A stretch of 62,461 nucleotides of DNA, filler included, from Choristocarpus tenellus KU-1152 (GCA_964200185.2; 11 parts of 11 records of this genome joined end to end with filler, not necessarily neighbours in it), one strand, 5' to 3'. Numbered from the whole stretch's first letter, positions 24,401 to 37,600 are shown. Notes: a model not told the origin generated them from the sequence alone. Numbers and translations: made by a program.

Positions 24401-24500
24401 NNNNNNNNNNNNNNNNNNNNNNNNNNNNNNNNNNNNNNNNNNNNTTAATTAATTAANNNNNNNNNNNNNNNNNNNNNNNNNNNNNNNNNNNNNNNNNNNN

Positions 24501-24694
24501 AAATTTTGGCTATCGTGTTTGTTAGGAAGTGTCAATATCTATGTTTCGGACACACCTTTCATAACGTATACATTTTACCTACTACAAAACATTTTGGAGT
24601 CGGAAAATATCATAAAAATACCCATGGGAAGGAAGCCAAGCCCCACAAATGGACTAACAGGGAAAAATTCGTACCCTCTAAGATAGTTTCACTC
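24501..24694 (+). mobile_element. MITE family A (truncated by contig start)
   Basis: Internal homology to other copies. Ends GTACCCTCTAAGATAGTTTCACTC. Confidence 0.85.
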
Positions 24695-25018
24695 AAACAA
24701 ACGGCAGTAATGGCTGAGATTGACAAATTTCTGGTTGCTGCCAAACTATCTTTGATATTAACTGGTTCTTCAAATCTGACAGAAATGTTTAACGCAAATA
24801 ATCTCTACAACAATGAAGAAATGAACCTTAACCTCAAAGAGATCCTTTCGTGCTCTGTGGATCTAACACAGAATTTTTAACTAAGGCGCACCACTTAATA
24901 TTTCACACATAACACACGTAACATCCAAAACATTAATCAAAATCAAGAGTTAAAATCAAAGATAGGCTTGGCAACAACCAGAAATTTGTCCATTTCAGCC
25001 ATTACTGTCATTGGTTTC
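24695..25018. mobile_element. Foldback/MITE-like element with ~60-bp imperfect inverted repeats
   Basis: GGCAGTAATGGCTGAGATTGACAAATTTCTGGTTGCTGCCAAACTATCTTTGA at 24703 is the approximate reverse complement of 24956-25009. Confidence 0.7.
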
Positions 25019-25391
25019 AGAAAAATTAGTTATCACCTGCAAGATCTCACATCACAAAATGGAACTGTTTACGGTTACCACAGCTAACCCTAACCCTAAC
25101 CCCAACCCTACATGTCACATCAGTATAAAAGACATGTACTTAGCATAAGAGAAAGGTATGTCACAAATTGTTCCCATCAAAAAAATGCATGACACAATAT
25201 TGTGCACATAAGACAATCAGTATTTAAAGCAGGCAAACACAATTCTTCTCATCTTCAGCTTGTCCCACTGACCAGTCTTGACTCTAAACCTAACCCTACA
25301 CACAACACGTTTAATGGTTCTATATGATCGATACATATCTTCAGCCTAACCCTAACCCTAACCCTAACCCTGTCTCAACATATCAGCCTAC

Positions 25392-28300
25392 CTCTAGATC
25401 TTCTGCCAGCTTGTTGAGGCCACCATGGAAGCCCTCCTGATTGGATACAAGGAACTTGATGTCATACACCTTGGGAAAGTATAACTGCAGCAGCTCAAAG
25501 AACTCAGATTCCTGGTACAAGAAGAGATAAGGATAAGGTCACGGATAGGGTTAGGGTCGTGTTGAGGTGAAGGGGTAGAGTTGGAGTTCGTGGCAGAAAG
25601 AGTGAGCTTTACCCTAACCCTAACCATAATTGGAACTCCCTATTACAAGATAAGTGCAATGATAGATGTTACAATTCAAATGGTAAAAAAATAGGATGGA
25701 TTTACCCTCCTACCTCCCATATACTAACGCTGAGACAAACGCTAACCCTAAAGTTACTCAAAATGAAAATTACGTAAGCATGTATGTACATATAAAAATA
25801 TTGAATACATGTACTTCACGCAATCAACCTCCTCACGTTACCAACACTAGCAGTTGTACTGTGAATACTTCTTAGGGCTAGGGATAGCTCGGAAGGCAGT
25901 TACAGGAGTGATAAAGCACTGAACAACAGTTGCCACTTAGGGGTAGGGTTAACCCTAACCCTAAAGGTTTATATAGGGTTAGGGTTAGATTAAGAACTGT
26001 GACATGTTCCAACCAGCAGCATTTCGACCAATACAACAACCAGTAGGTCACTTCCACCAAATGGGATGCATTCATACCAGTGTTGGAAGGTCCTGGCAAG
26101 TGAGGAGCTTCAGTAGGTATCCAAAGTCATAGCCCGAGTGGAAACTAATCCAGTACACACTTGGAAGCAGCACTAGACCACTTGTCATCAGCAGCTCTCC
26201 AAAGTGGTTCACATCAATGCCCCTCCTCTCATGGGCCTTCAGGGTTAGGGTTAGGCTTAGGCTTAGAGTCACGGATAAGGTTAGGGTCCTGTCTGGTTTC
26301 CAATTGGGAGTTGGGTGTGATATTACAGATATGTTTGACACTGACAAACAACTCAAATGAGTGGATTTTCAGATTAATCTTTGCATAAAAAATTGGTGTT
26401 CGAAATGTGTCTATGTGACCCTAAGTTTAAGAACAAGGATTATCCTAAGGCATGCCCCCCTCAGCACCATTCTATATTAATTACCCAAAAGGCATTCAAT
26501 GCAAGACTACAGACCACAACCAAGGATAGGTTAGGGCTAGAGGAAACTGGCTTTAGACTTCAGTTAGGTGTAGGGTTAGGGTAGGGCTAGGAATCTATCC
26601 TGGTTGTGCTTACATCAAAGTCAATGCCAGAATTCTTGAGCAGCTGGATAGAGTCATGAGCGTACATGTCCTCACTGCCAATAGGTCACAGCAACCGCAT
26701 ATTTGTTTTCAGCTTTCAGTTTGACAGTTTCCAATGTGACAGAGTCAGATGATACAGGATCAGCATCTTGGGTGCCAGTAGGATACACAATTACCACCAC
26801 AAGCAACAAAAGTACACATCTTTACCACTGAGCACAGGTACTTGGCTGTTTCAAATTCACAGGCCTATTTGTGCAACCTCAGGTTCAGAATGATAAACCT
26901 CATTTGCAACAACTAACCCACTCGGAGAAAACAACGTGAGGCCAGTGAGTCTGCTGGGTAGAAACCAACAATAAAAAACAGTTGTGATCAGACAGAGCTA
27001 GACATACACCCTTTTACCATACAGTTACCAGCAACCAGCAAGGCATGTTTCTGGGAAATGGAGAGGGTACACGCTTCGAATCTCTTGTGTAAGTTGCTTG
27101 AAACTAGGGATGGGGTTACGGACAAAATCACACAACTACAGAACCCTAACCCTAACCCTAACCCTTCAATCGTATACTAAGGACTATGTGGCAAGATGGT
27201 TATCATAGTTTATAATAACCAAATAAAAGTAAGATTGAGTATGCAATATGCTTGAGAAGAAGCGAAACATATTCGGCAAATGTTCCAGTAGATGAGAATT
27301 CACCTCCCTGATGAGAAGCAACTTCAACGGCAATGGGATGCCAACATAATGAGCCAACAGGGTGCCCTGCAACATACCCTAATCCTAACCTCAATTGTAC
27401 AACTACTTAGACAATCAGTATTTAAAGAAGGCAAACACAATTCCTCTCATCCTCAACTTGTCCCACTGATCAGTCCTGATCCTAACCCTAACCCTAACAC
27501 ATAATACAAATCTCAACATCACTCGAATAACCCTAACCCTGACCCAAGCCCTAATACCAGACAGCAAGGTAAACATTGAAGGGGGTGAAAAACTGTTAGG
27601 GATAGCTTTGAGGTGACAATGTCCACCACATACGATGCTTAAACAAACCACACACATGTTGTACAGGCAACTCCTATCAAACAATTTTAAAAAAATCATA
27701 ATGATAGCAAGACTTCCTTGCTTGGAATCTGGTAATAGCATCAACTATAGATGTCAAAGGGTTAGGGTTAAGAAAGTAACACATGCTCTCATTAAGGGAT
27801 GTGCAGGGCAGGGGTTAGGGTTAGGGTGCAAAAAAAAACGCTGTTTCGCCATGAAGTTCAAAATCATCAAGGTGGACAGGTCTTGAGGTTTGGGTAAAAT
27901 GTATTGTATTGGCTCAACGAGAAATCCAAACTGTTAGATTGGTCTTAAAAAGTTACTTTTCAAACTCACTTGAGAGATGCCAACACTGAGGGGTATTCAA
28001 ACGGGAATGAATGTGCAATGTCTAACCCTAACCCTAACCCTAACCCTAACCCTAACCCTAACCCTAACCCTAACCCTAACCCTAACCCTAAACCAAGTGT
28101 TTCATTTTGGCAATGTCAATATCCAACGTTGAGATTCTAAAACCAATCACCAATCAAATTGACAACCATTCAACAATGACGCATTTGATAAAAAGAGGAC
28201 AATTATTGCAGCTCTCAGAGGCAATAGTTACATTTGGCTGCATTTCAGATGGTGGGGGCATGGCAAGGTCCTTATGGACGCATTCATTTTGTTTGAACAT

Positions 28301-31300
28301 GAGATGAGCCTGGGTTGATGGATTGTGGCCATTGCAAGACCCTAACTGTCCCATTTTCCCATTTTAATGGCAATGCAATAATCTCCCTGCACACTCATTC
28401 GCCGTTTGGTGGAGGATCACAAAATCCCACATAGGTTGTTCCCACTTGACTAGTTTTTAGTCATCAACAGCTTTGAGTTGTTCCAAAAATAGTCAACAGA
28501 GAAGTGCAAGACAAACATAACAATTGACCCAGCAACAAAACTATTGTTATTAACATTATATCAGTGCAAAAATTTAACTCTTCATACACACTTGAGAGAA
28601 AAGGCAAAGTTGAACTGCCAGGTGCAGCACTCCTGAGGGAGCTCGCCCTTCTCATTGGCAAAAGACAGGCCAAGCTGGATGATTTTGAGCATGTCCACAT
28701 TGCATCTTAATGAACATACAGTAACAGGGGGAGAGGGGGGGTGGTGAGATAGGGTAGCTTGGATTGGGGTTTGAGTCACAAACGCATTAAAGAAAATAGT
28801 TTAAGGGTTAGGGCAAGTTCAAGTCTTGGGTTGGGGCTAAGATATGAACTGGATGGCGGCAAGGTCAGAATAGGGTTTAAGAGCCAAGTCAGAGCAACAG
28901 TTGGAGGACGGACAGGCGATGTGTATATGACACATCAAAAGTGATACTTCTGATATTGGCAGGGATAGGGCCAATGTTAGAGTTGCTTCTCAACATAGTC
29001 GTCATTTATGGTATCTCCGATTACCCTCACTACTATAGTATCGGTTAGGGTTAGGGTTAGGGATTCAATTGCAGCACCATATCTGTCACTACAGAGATAC
29101 ACAGGGGTTGGAATTTAGAGGATTCTATGTCATGATGTGGCATTGCCATAATTAGATCATTTTATTAATGTCCTAAATTTTGAAATGGTTTTAGCACTTT
29201 CAGATGGAGGAAATTCAGTATACACGGTCTGCATAGTGGCCTGGGGAGTGGTAGGAGCCTGGATCCTGTACAACTAAGAGGAGGGGGGGTTGGGAGGTGA
29301 GACGGCAATACCTTAGGGTCACTTGTAATGGCAGGAAGATGGTGCCCTCAAAACAAGATTGAGTCAGACAGCTCATTTAAAATATAATCTCAAGTATACA
29401 TACTATATATATATATATCATCCAAAAAGTCCAAGTAGACCAAAATGATACTGGAGACACTTGCTCTCAAGAGTCATTATTGCTAGATACCTTTGTTGCC
29501 ACCTTGCATGACACTGACGGGACATGAAACCAGTCATGATAGGATAGGGCACCAATCAGACATGAGAATTTTTTCAGCATATTTAAATCATTTTCACACA
29601 TCGACGAATTGAGCAAAGAGAAGATGCTAATTCTCGCCAATGATTAACTCCTGTTCTTGTTCTTACGGTGGTTTATTCTTTTCCAGTTGGAACATTAATT
29701 TCTTGTCAAATAATTTTCTTAATTCTATCTCTCAATGGTTGCATCCACATAGAACAGTAGTCCATAAGAGTCATTCCCAGCTCTTTATACCAGACTTAGA
29801 AACTGTGGCTGGACTAAACCGCATGCCACCTCAGAAAGAATTTTTCTAATAGGTTTGGTTTGCATGCCAGTCTGGGAAAGATAGGTTCAATAGGACCAGA
29901 GTAGAGTCACTAATGTCTCCAACATGACCAGGCCACAAGCTAGATCGATTAATATCTTATGATAGGGCCAGGCCAGATCTCAGGTGGGTTGGACTGGGCC
30001 GACCTATTCAAGTGCATTTATGATCATTCAAAACAAATAAAACAATAATACAATCTAGTGTTTGTTCTTCCAGCTCTGTATCTTCCATCAAAACATTACC
30101 ATGAGTATGTGTACTATTTTTTTTGTACATGTTGTAGTACAGACTTGAAGTCCATTGCATAGACTGTTGTAATATCAAACCCAGTACATGAAAATATTTG
30201 TTAGATTGAAAGGAAAGTAGTAATGACGGCAGTTAACCCTTTCACCAACGGGGCGGGGCCGGTTCGTGTAACTGCTGGTCTGGTGCAAAGGGGTCTGGTG
30301 CAAAGTCCTGATTGTCTGGAAGGAAATGCAGCCATTTCATCCATTTGGGGAAGAAGCCATCTTGATGGCGACAACAATCTGCTGCCAAAAGGAACAATTC
30401 TTACCGTCAACATTGCTAGGCAGGGAGCTGGGGGAGGGCGGAGGTGGGAATAAAACACTGTAAAGAAGAATACTATTAGGACATATTTATGGTTAGGGTT
30501 AGGGAGTCAGGCACCTCATTATTTGATAGATACCACAACACATCCAACATGTTGGAAGGTACAACGATAAATAATTAAATACATATATTACTTTGTAATA
30601 TAGTTAGAGATCAGTAATATAGTTAAAGATCAACGGGATCAGCCCAGAAAAAAAAAGACATGAATTATGAACCACAAGGAACTGGCAAAATCCAAATCAG
30701 AAAAAGGACTCTCAATCCCAATTCCAGGCTGTGCCTGCTGCCATGCTGTGACTGCTTGCCCCAATCAAAGGGAAGCTCAACCACATCTGTAGGGATGATG
30801 CGGTTGCTTCTGTGACATCTGTAGTTGTGCTCAGGTCTGAAAACAGCTTGTACTACAGAGATGTAGTAAAGGTAGACCAACAATAAATATAATACTTACC
30901 CGTAAAGTATCTGATCAATGTGGAGACCCAGGAACATGGTTGGTTGTTACTCTTAGGACTAAGGTGAAGTACAGACTATGCATTAAAGGTATTAAAGATA
31001 TTAAAGGTATTAGGGTTAGGTAGTGATGGTTTGGTGGTGCCGGTCATTGGTAATCTCTAGGACAACAATGTCTATAATGGAAATTTCAAGAGTAAACTCA
31101 AGCTCTATTTTAGCACTTGTGGGACCACCATTGGATGGCATCCTTGTAAGAAGAGGCTCATCAGGTGTGGAAAGGATGGTTCAGCGCTGTCATACTTCAA
31201 AGAGGTGAAATGTTAAAGGCTGATGGAAAACTTTCACAACACCCCACCTAATGGTGTACGCAATCACCATATGCAGTCCTTGTTCATTCTTAAGAGAGCA

Positions 31301-32301
31301 TACCAGACCAAGTGCTGGTGCCACCAGGAATTTTTTATGAGGCATTTACCGCAATCTTGGGGATGACTGAGGCAAATGCCTTCTTTGTTTGGAGCGAATG
31401 GGAGGGGGAGCATCTAACACATTAAAACTTTAATGAGATCCTTACGCATGCCCCACTTGCATAGGAGGATGATAATAAAAAAATAACAGCAGCATTACTA
31501 GACCAATTAAATACACTGCAGGTGCTGCTGCTTCTATCACACTCTAATATACACAACAAATACTAGTGAGCTCAGTGACGTCCTGGTGTGTAGATGCTCT
31601 CCCCCCCTCTGCCCCAGTCAGCCCCAATATTGTATACAGAACTACCTACTATCTGATGCCACCAGCCCTTGGTCTACCAGAGCAAGCAGAGACTGACTGT
31701 GATGATTGTATACATCAATGAACATAAAATCTGATTGAGAAAAGTCTTGATTGGATTCTTCAGCTCGAAAAGAGCTCCCTCCTTGAAATATCAGTATGAA
31801 ATAGGAGGCACTGTAAAATACCAAAGTACTATGTAGTATGCAGTATGCAACATAATTTACTTCACACAACAAAAGTGTTCCAGAGACATTAGCAGTCAAG
31901 CACTTTTTAGCGCTTGTAAGTATATAGAGTTAGGGTGAGGGTAGGGTAAGGGTTAGGGTTGAGTACAGATTTCCTTCAGGGAGGTCGGTAAAGATAATTT
32001 AGGGTTAGGGTGGACAAGTACAAAAGTATTCATGTCACTAACCAAAAAACATACTTCTACATTTCATGTGTTGGTGTTTCTGTGTGTGAGTCCCTATAGT
32101 TCTTTGATTGCAACACAAACCGAATTGCAGCTAAAAAAAAGTTCAACAACTAAACTTTCTTACCCCTTTCCTATAAATACCTTAATGTCTGGTCTAACCC
32201 TAACCCTAACCCTAACCCTAATACCTTAATGTCTGATACTGGTAGTCCGGCCGGTTAAAATCTCCAATGGGTCTCGCTACCACACCGGGAAACTCTGTGT
32301 C
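25392..32301 (-). CDS. CAF1: CCR4-NOT deadenylase subunit CAF1/POP2 (CNOT7/8), partial; exons 32301-32225, 28705-28592, 26674-26614, 26236-26078, 25511-25392
   Basis: Phase-consistent AG/GT exons give [41 protein letters not shown]...WQFNF...[20 protein letters not shown]...[18 protein letters not shown]...[10 protein letters not shown]...[11 protein letters not shown]. First and last exons were not found on this contig. Confidence 0.95.
28022..28091. repeat. Interstitial telomeric repeat (CCCTAA)~11; many shorter tracts across 25080-33610 and 42080-44330
   Basis: Perfect CTAACC array inside a CAF1 intron. Confidence 0.95.
31040..31460 (+). pseudogene. piggyBac-like transposase C-terminal remnant in a CAF1 intron
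   Basis: Frameshifted motifs FSTCGTT ... [19 protein letters not shown] ... [14 protein letters not shown] resemble the piggyBac VD.HN..R....LE....T..W..R.F..ILG....NA pattern. A TTAACCCTTT end-like motif lies at 30232. Confidence 0.5.
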
Positions 32302-34816
32302 CTGCAAAAAAAGAGGAAAAATAAATAAATTACAGGGTTAGGGTTAGGGTGATGGGGTCAAGATCAACCATACAATCAACTAGTCAATTAGCATGCAGTT
32401 CATTGCACAAAGCCTGTAATAACCCTAACCCTAAGTATCCTTCCACCAATATGATACACCCTACCCTACTGACACAAACCCAACATGAACACAGGAAATA
32501 TGTTTCCAACACTGTGAAGTACAATAATGAAGGTCCTGGGTTTGTCACCACCACTTACTTAGGAGAACTTATAGAGACAAGGAACTACACTAATACCAAA
32601 ACAGGCCAATATGAAAGCACAGGGCTCAGAAAAACTCAAAGGCTGGCTCACATAACACAGCTTGCTGTGACACTCTAGCACTGTACAATAGAGGATTGTC
32701 TGGACATCCAACATTATGAAGCAAACAGTGATGAGCATTGCCTTGGGCAACATACATCAGGGAGCGAAATGCCTCTAGTGTTTGCCAAGCAACAGGTGAT
32801 ACTCATCAAACAACCCTGACCGATGTCCCTGACAACAGACAATATATCAAGAACAAATAGCCCTCAATTGTTTGTCCACGAATAAGCATTTTACAGACCA
32901 AATGGGCCCAAGCGTTTGCTGGACAACGGATATTGTATGACCAAGTACATCCAGGGCATATTTCCTCTTTTTGCACTCTTTCTTCATTGAGCAATCCTAT
33001 CTTAGAGGGCGATCCATCTAGGTCCTTCGTAGTACTTTAGGGTCATAATAATATTCTACCTGACATCCAATCTATCATGACTGAAATGCAGCTAACCCTA
33101 ACCTTTAAGAAAGCTGTAGCTGTATAAGAGGAGACAAACAGTCGCTACACAAGCATAAAGTTGCCCTTCAGAGTTCAATAACCCTGTGCACCAGAAGGTA
33201 GTCACAGAGACTTTAGATGCTCATGACATGCCCTCATCAATGGGATGGGTCATTCCTGTCCTTCATTTCAACCATTCACCACTCCCTCTGCTACAAGAGA
33301 TCAAACTAATACGTGAAAGAAGACTAATGCTCTATTACTAATAATATACTCATACTAATACTAGTGACACAAAAATATTAATAGTACTAATATTAATATA
33401 CTCTCATCAATAAGAAGAAGAAAAAGAATACAAAGACAAGTACTAAGACAAGTACTATGACAAGTACTACTACAGGAGTGACTTGCTTCATGGAACAGTA
33501 ACTGACAAAACAGAATCAGATGATGTTTTGGAACATGCACATTAGAGAGGAAAGGGCACCAAACGTTGCCTTGATAACAAACAATATACACAACCCTAAC
33601 CCTAAGTCAGCAGACCTTACAAACCAATTGGACACTGGTGTTACATAAACAACAGACCATGCAGAGCAACTGGCCCCCAAAAGGCCATCCTGGCAACAGA
33701 TGTATACTGGAAAAAGACGCTAACACTGCCACAGGCAATGGACTTTGAAGGTCAGATATGACAAAGCATTCTAGGACAACACTGGCATTGACTGTTACAA
33801 TTTCTGAGAGGTGAACAAAAAAATATTCCCTCTCCCATCAGCAGCAGTGACAAAGGGCTAGGGCTAGGTTTAGCGTTAGTTTTTCCCTTAAAAAAGAACC
33901 GTAGATCAACCACTAATCCTGTATTGACAACAAGACTAAATTAGTAAGTACCTCTCCAAAGAAAAACTTTCGGCAGGTCAACACTCTCCACCTAAATGGG
34001 TTGTTCCTATAGTAGGATATCGCAAAATCTTGGGGTTATGGTCCATTTACTATTACTATTATTATTAATAATGTATTTTATACAAGGTATCAAACACTCA
34101 AGGTACAGTGCATGAAGTTGACAAGTGCAATATATGCACCTTCTAACACAGAGTCATTCTCATCAACAACAAAAAAAGTGTTTTCACCATATTGTCAAAT
34201 TTTGTTTCGAAATATCCTTGAAGTAACAACACCTCAATTACACAAGAAAATATATATTCCATGTTATCAGTTGGTGAAAAAGCCAACATTGATCTTGCCA
34301 ACTACACGAACCCCTAGGGTTGCAGATTATTCTATCATTGTACCAAAAGAGAGGAACCATACTTGGGGTGGTGCAGGTGATAAGAGATACATCCCCTACA
34401 AAACTAGTGGCAGCACTATCAAATCATACCCAGTTCAACACTCTAGAAATAAAAACTCATAAAACTCTGTGCCATAAGTTTGTGCCGCGAAACATCTGAG
34501 GTCACCAAGCGAGAACAGTGCCAAATCGGACAATAACCCCACAAAATGAAATCCGGTTGACAATCTCAGCTTTCAGAAAAGGTGGGGGTTGAAAATCATC
34601 AGGGACAAACTCGAGGTGCTTCAAGCCGTCAAAGTAGGGGTCTTTTCGGGTGATTTTGAGGCCAGAAGTGGGCACGTCAAGGGTCAGAACGTCGGCATGG
34701 CAACCCCCCTGTCAACNNNNNNNNNNNNNNNNNNNNNNNNNNNNNNNNNNNNNNNNNNNNTTAATTAATTAANNNNNNNNNNNNNNNNNNNNNNNNNNNN
34801 NNNNNNNNNNNNNNNN

Positions 34817-37600
34817 CAGTTCGTGAGAGACGAACAGTTGGCACTCCATCAACCCAGACGTTGCCAATGACCTTGAAGTCCTCTATGACGAACACCACCT
34901 CATCACCGATACCAAACGGGCCGCCGTACCTCGAGTGTTCCCTGGCATTCCATTGCACCGTTTCCTTCTGGAGAACAGTGAAGGGAAGGAACCCTAGTCC
35001 GTCGGAGTCTGATTGATCCGTTCTCACTATGCACACGCTGCCCACTTCTACCTGGGTCTTCCTTCTGGAAAGGAAACTCCTAAGGAACATGTCCCCGGGT
35101 GTCCCTTGAGGTGAGAGCCCCATATTGAACCGCCTCAACACCGGGACGTGTGTCACCGGCCACCTGCAGTTTTCAACCTCGCCAGCCGTGCAACTTGTGC
35201 AGTAACACGACCTCTCGGTGTAGACCACGGAAGGAGGGCCACCATCCAAACACGGTTGGGTGATAAACCTGTGCATGGACTTGATGCCTGGAAGGAGGGG
35301 TACGCGTGGGTCGTGTCGTCCGATGCGGTTCACTTCGTGAGGGGGAACATGAACAATGGTCTGCTTCCTGAGCGTGTTTGGCGCGAGAAGCATTGCTCGT
35401 ATCTCGCTGTGCTTCCTGCCATCCTTGCCAGTCCACCCCTGCGCATAGGCAGCCACATGGGTGTGTGAGAATTCAACACTTGATCCAATCTATGATTCAA
35501 TGTTGGTGAATTTTGGAGTAAAATCGAAAGAGAAAATGATGATATGTCATGAACTAGAAAAGACAGTAGTACTAGAATGTGAAGGGTTTACACCAAACAA
35601 ACCAAATGGGATTTTGGCTTAGGTTGGAGGGGTCCAGACACAGGAGGTTAGAGGGTTAGATCATTTTACAAGGTACTGACCTTCGCAGCAACAGCATGCG
35701 CCGGAGGAACCTTGGATTCCTTCCGCAATTGCTCCTCTTCCTCCGGTGTGGGCAAGGTCAAAAGCAGAAATCTGTTGAGGAAGCTTTGAGCGTCTCCACC
35801 AAGGATGATGTGCCCGGCATCCTCACTCCATTGCACTCAAACAGCCTGGCATTGGACTTAACCACAGCCCCAATCGCATCCGACAGGGACTTCCCGTGGC
35901 ACGACGCAAAGAAATTGTGGATGACTGCGATCCCGTGCCTTCCAAAGGCCTTCGAGACTCACTCCATCTGCCACCTGTTCTGGAACTGGCTTCCGTATCC
36001 ATCGGTCGAGATGTGGAGGACACGCAGTTCCTGTCCACACTCCCGAGCCATGGGCTTCAGAACTCGTTGATGAGCTTCTCCAGAACGTTCTGCACAAACT
36101 CATTGTCCTGGCTGGTGTCTTGACTTAAGAACACAAAGCTGTGCGCCCACGTCCGTCCCCCTCCGAGGCCTCCCCTCCTGAAGTCCTTCATCCACACGGC
36201 AGCGGGGAACATTGCAGTCAGGAAAAGGTTGAAGAACTCCTGTTGGGTCAAGTCCTGGTGACCGTGACTGTATTGGGATTGGAAGTCTACCACGAGTACA
36301 GCCTGCCCGGCACGTAGACGGGCTATGGACTGCTTGTAGTGGCGGGCCTGCCAACCGCTGGTGTTGTGATGTAGGAAGAAGTTCTTGTCGAAGTGTTTGA
36401 AGATGACTCCAACAAGTGTTGGAAACGTCTCTGTCCTCGGGAGTAGAACCTGTAAGAAGGGAGCCATGACACATTAGTGATCAGCTACAATACAGAGCCT
36501 TGTTTGCAGTGATTGGGGGATGCTCTTCTTTTGGACACTTGTGGGGATTGCGGAGTCATCACCTTGCGCTTCTTCTTGTGCTTGTTGGTTCTGGTCGTTG
36601 GGATGTTGTCATCCTCATCAAGATCTTCACCGTGCGGAGAGGTATCCCCAGGCATGCAGCAGCTGGCTGCGATGAAATCGTCAGACATAAGATCATTTGC
36701 CCTGTACTCTGCATACTTGTCCTTTATTTCCTATTAATCATCTCCTACTTTGTGGCCCCTCTGGGTGCACGTAGAGCTAGTCGACCTGAGAGAGCCTGCA
36801 GAGGAAAGGAAGAACATGGGCGAAGAATGAAGGGATGGTTGAATTTACGGAGTTGGCGCCTGTGTGGGTGTAGCCCCCTGTTTCTCTAAGAAAAAAGGGA
36901 TTTGTATAAATCAAGTCCTGGAAACTGTGTATAAAGGATTTGCGACCTTGTTTATAACCATACAGGGCCGGTGTTCACCTTGATCTCGTTATGCGACATT
37001 CCTTCAAGCTCGCTCTCCACAATAGGGGTGTATGCACTGATGAACTCGTTCCACGTTACAATAATGGAGTGAGATTCGACCATGCGGGGACATTTCCAGA
37101 TGGGGTGCTCCTTCCATTTGCATGCATCGCATGTGCCATTAATGCAAGAGGTCGGGTATCCTTCCTCCTCACCCACAGTCTCTGTTCCAACCCCCTCGAG
37201 ATTCTCCCTCTTGCATCTGGGTGGGGAGGACAAGGGCACTGGATGTAGTGGATGGTGTGTTTGTCAGCCACATTCATGATGAAACCAGGGATGAAAAACG
37301 AGTATGAAAAGGCAAAGAAATTCTTTAAGGAATAGTGGAGTGCAGAAGGGGATGTGCAGAGACAGTAGCGAATATTTTCACAAGTAGATAGTGGATTGAG
37401 TCGACTCACAATAGGAACTTCATCATGTTCGAAGGACTCTCGAGGGCAGTCTGAACCTGTACAGATTGGCACACATTCCTATTTCGACAGAAGTCACAGT
37501 CACATGAGCATGGTGCCTTGTCTCCCTCTTGCATCATGTTTTTGTTTATTTTCTCCCAGTTGTTCCTCAAGCATGTGATAAGACTTTCTGTTAACAGGTG
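34817..37600 (-). pseudogene. Decayed, intron-containing Sola2-like DDD transposase (copy 2, diverged family)
   Basis: CINGTCDAC; VVDFQSQYSHGHQDLTQQEFFN; HISTDGYGSQFQNRWQ; NFFASCHGKSLSDAIGAVVK; GIKSMHRF...SCYCTSC. Colinear with copy 1. Frameshift and stop near 36060-35960. Confidence 0.8.

Noticed and set aside
30895-30915. Possible CAF1 micro-exon (TLR|GTAAG)
   Set aside because: Wrong phase. The true QTLR is supplied by exon 32301-32225.
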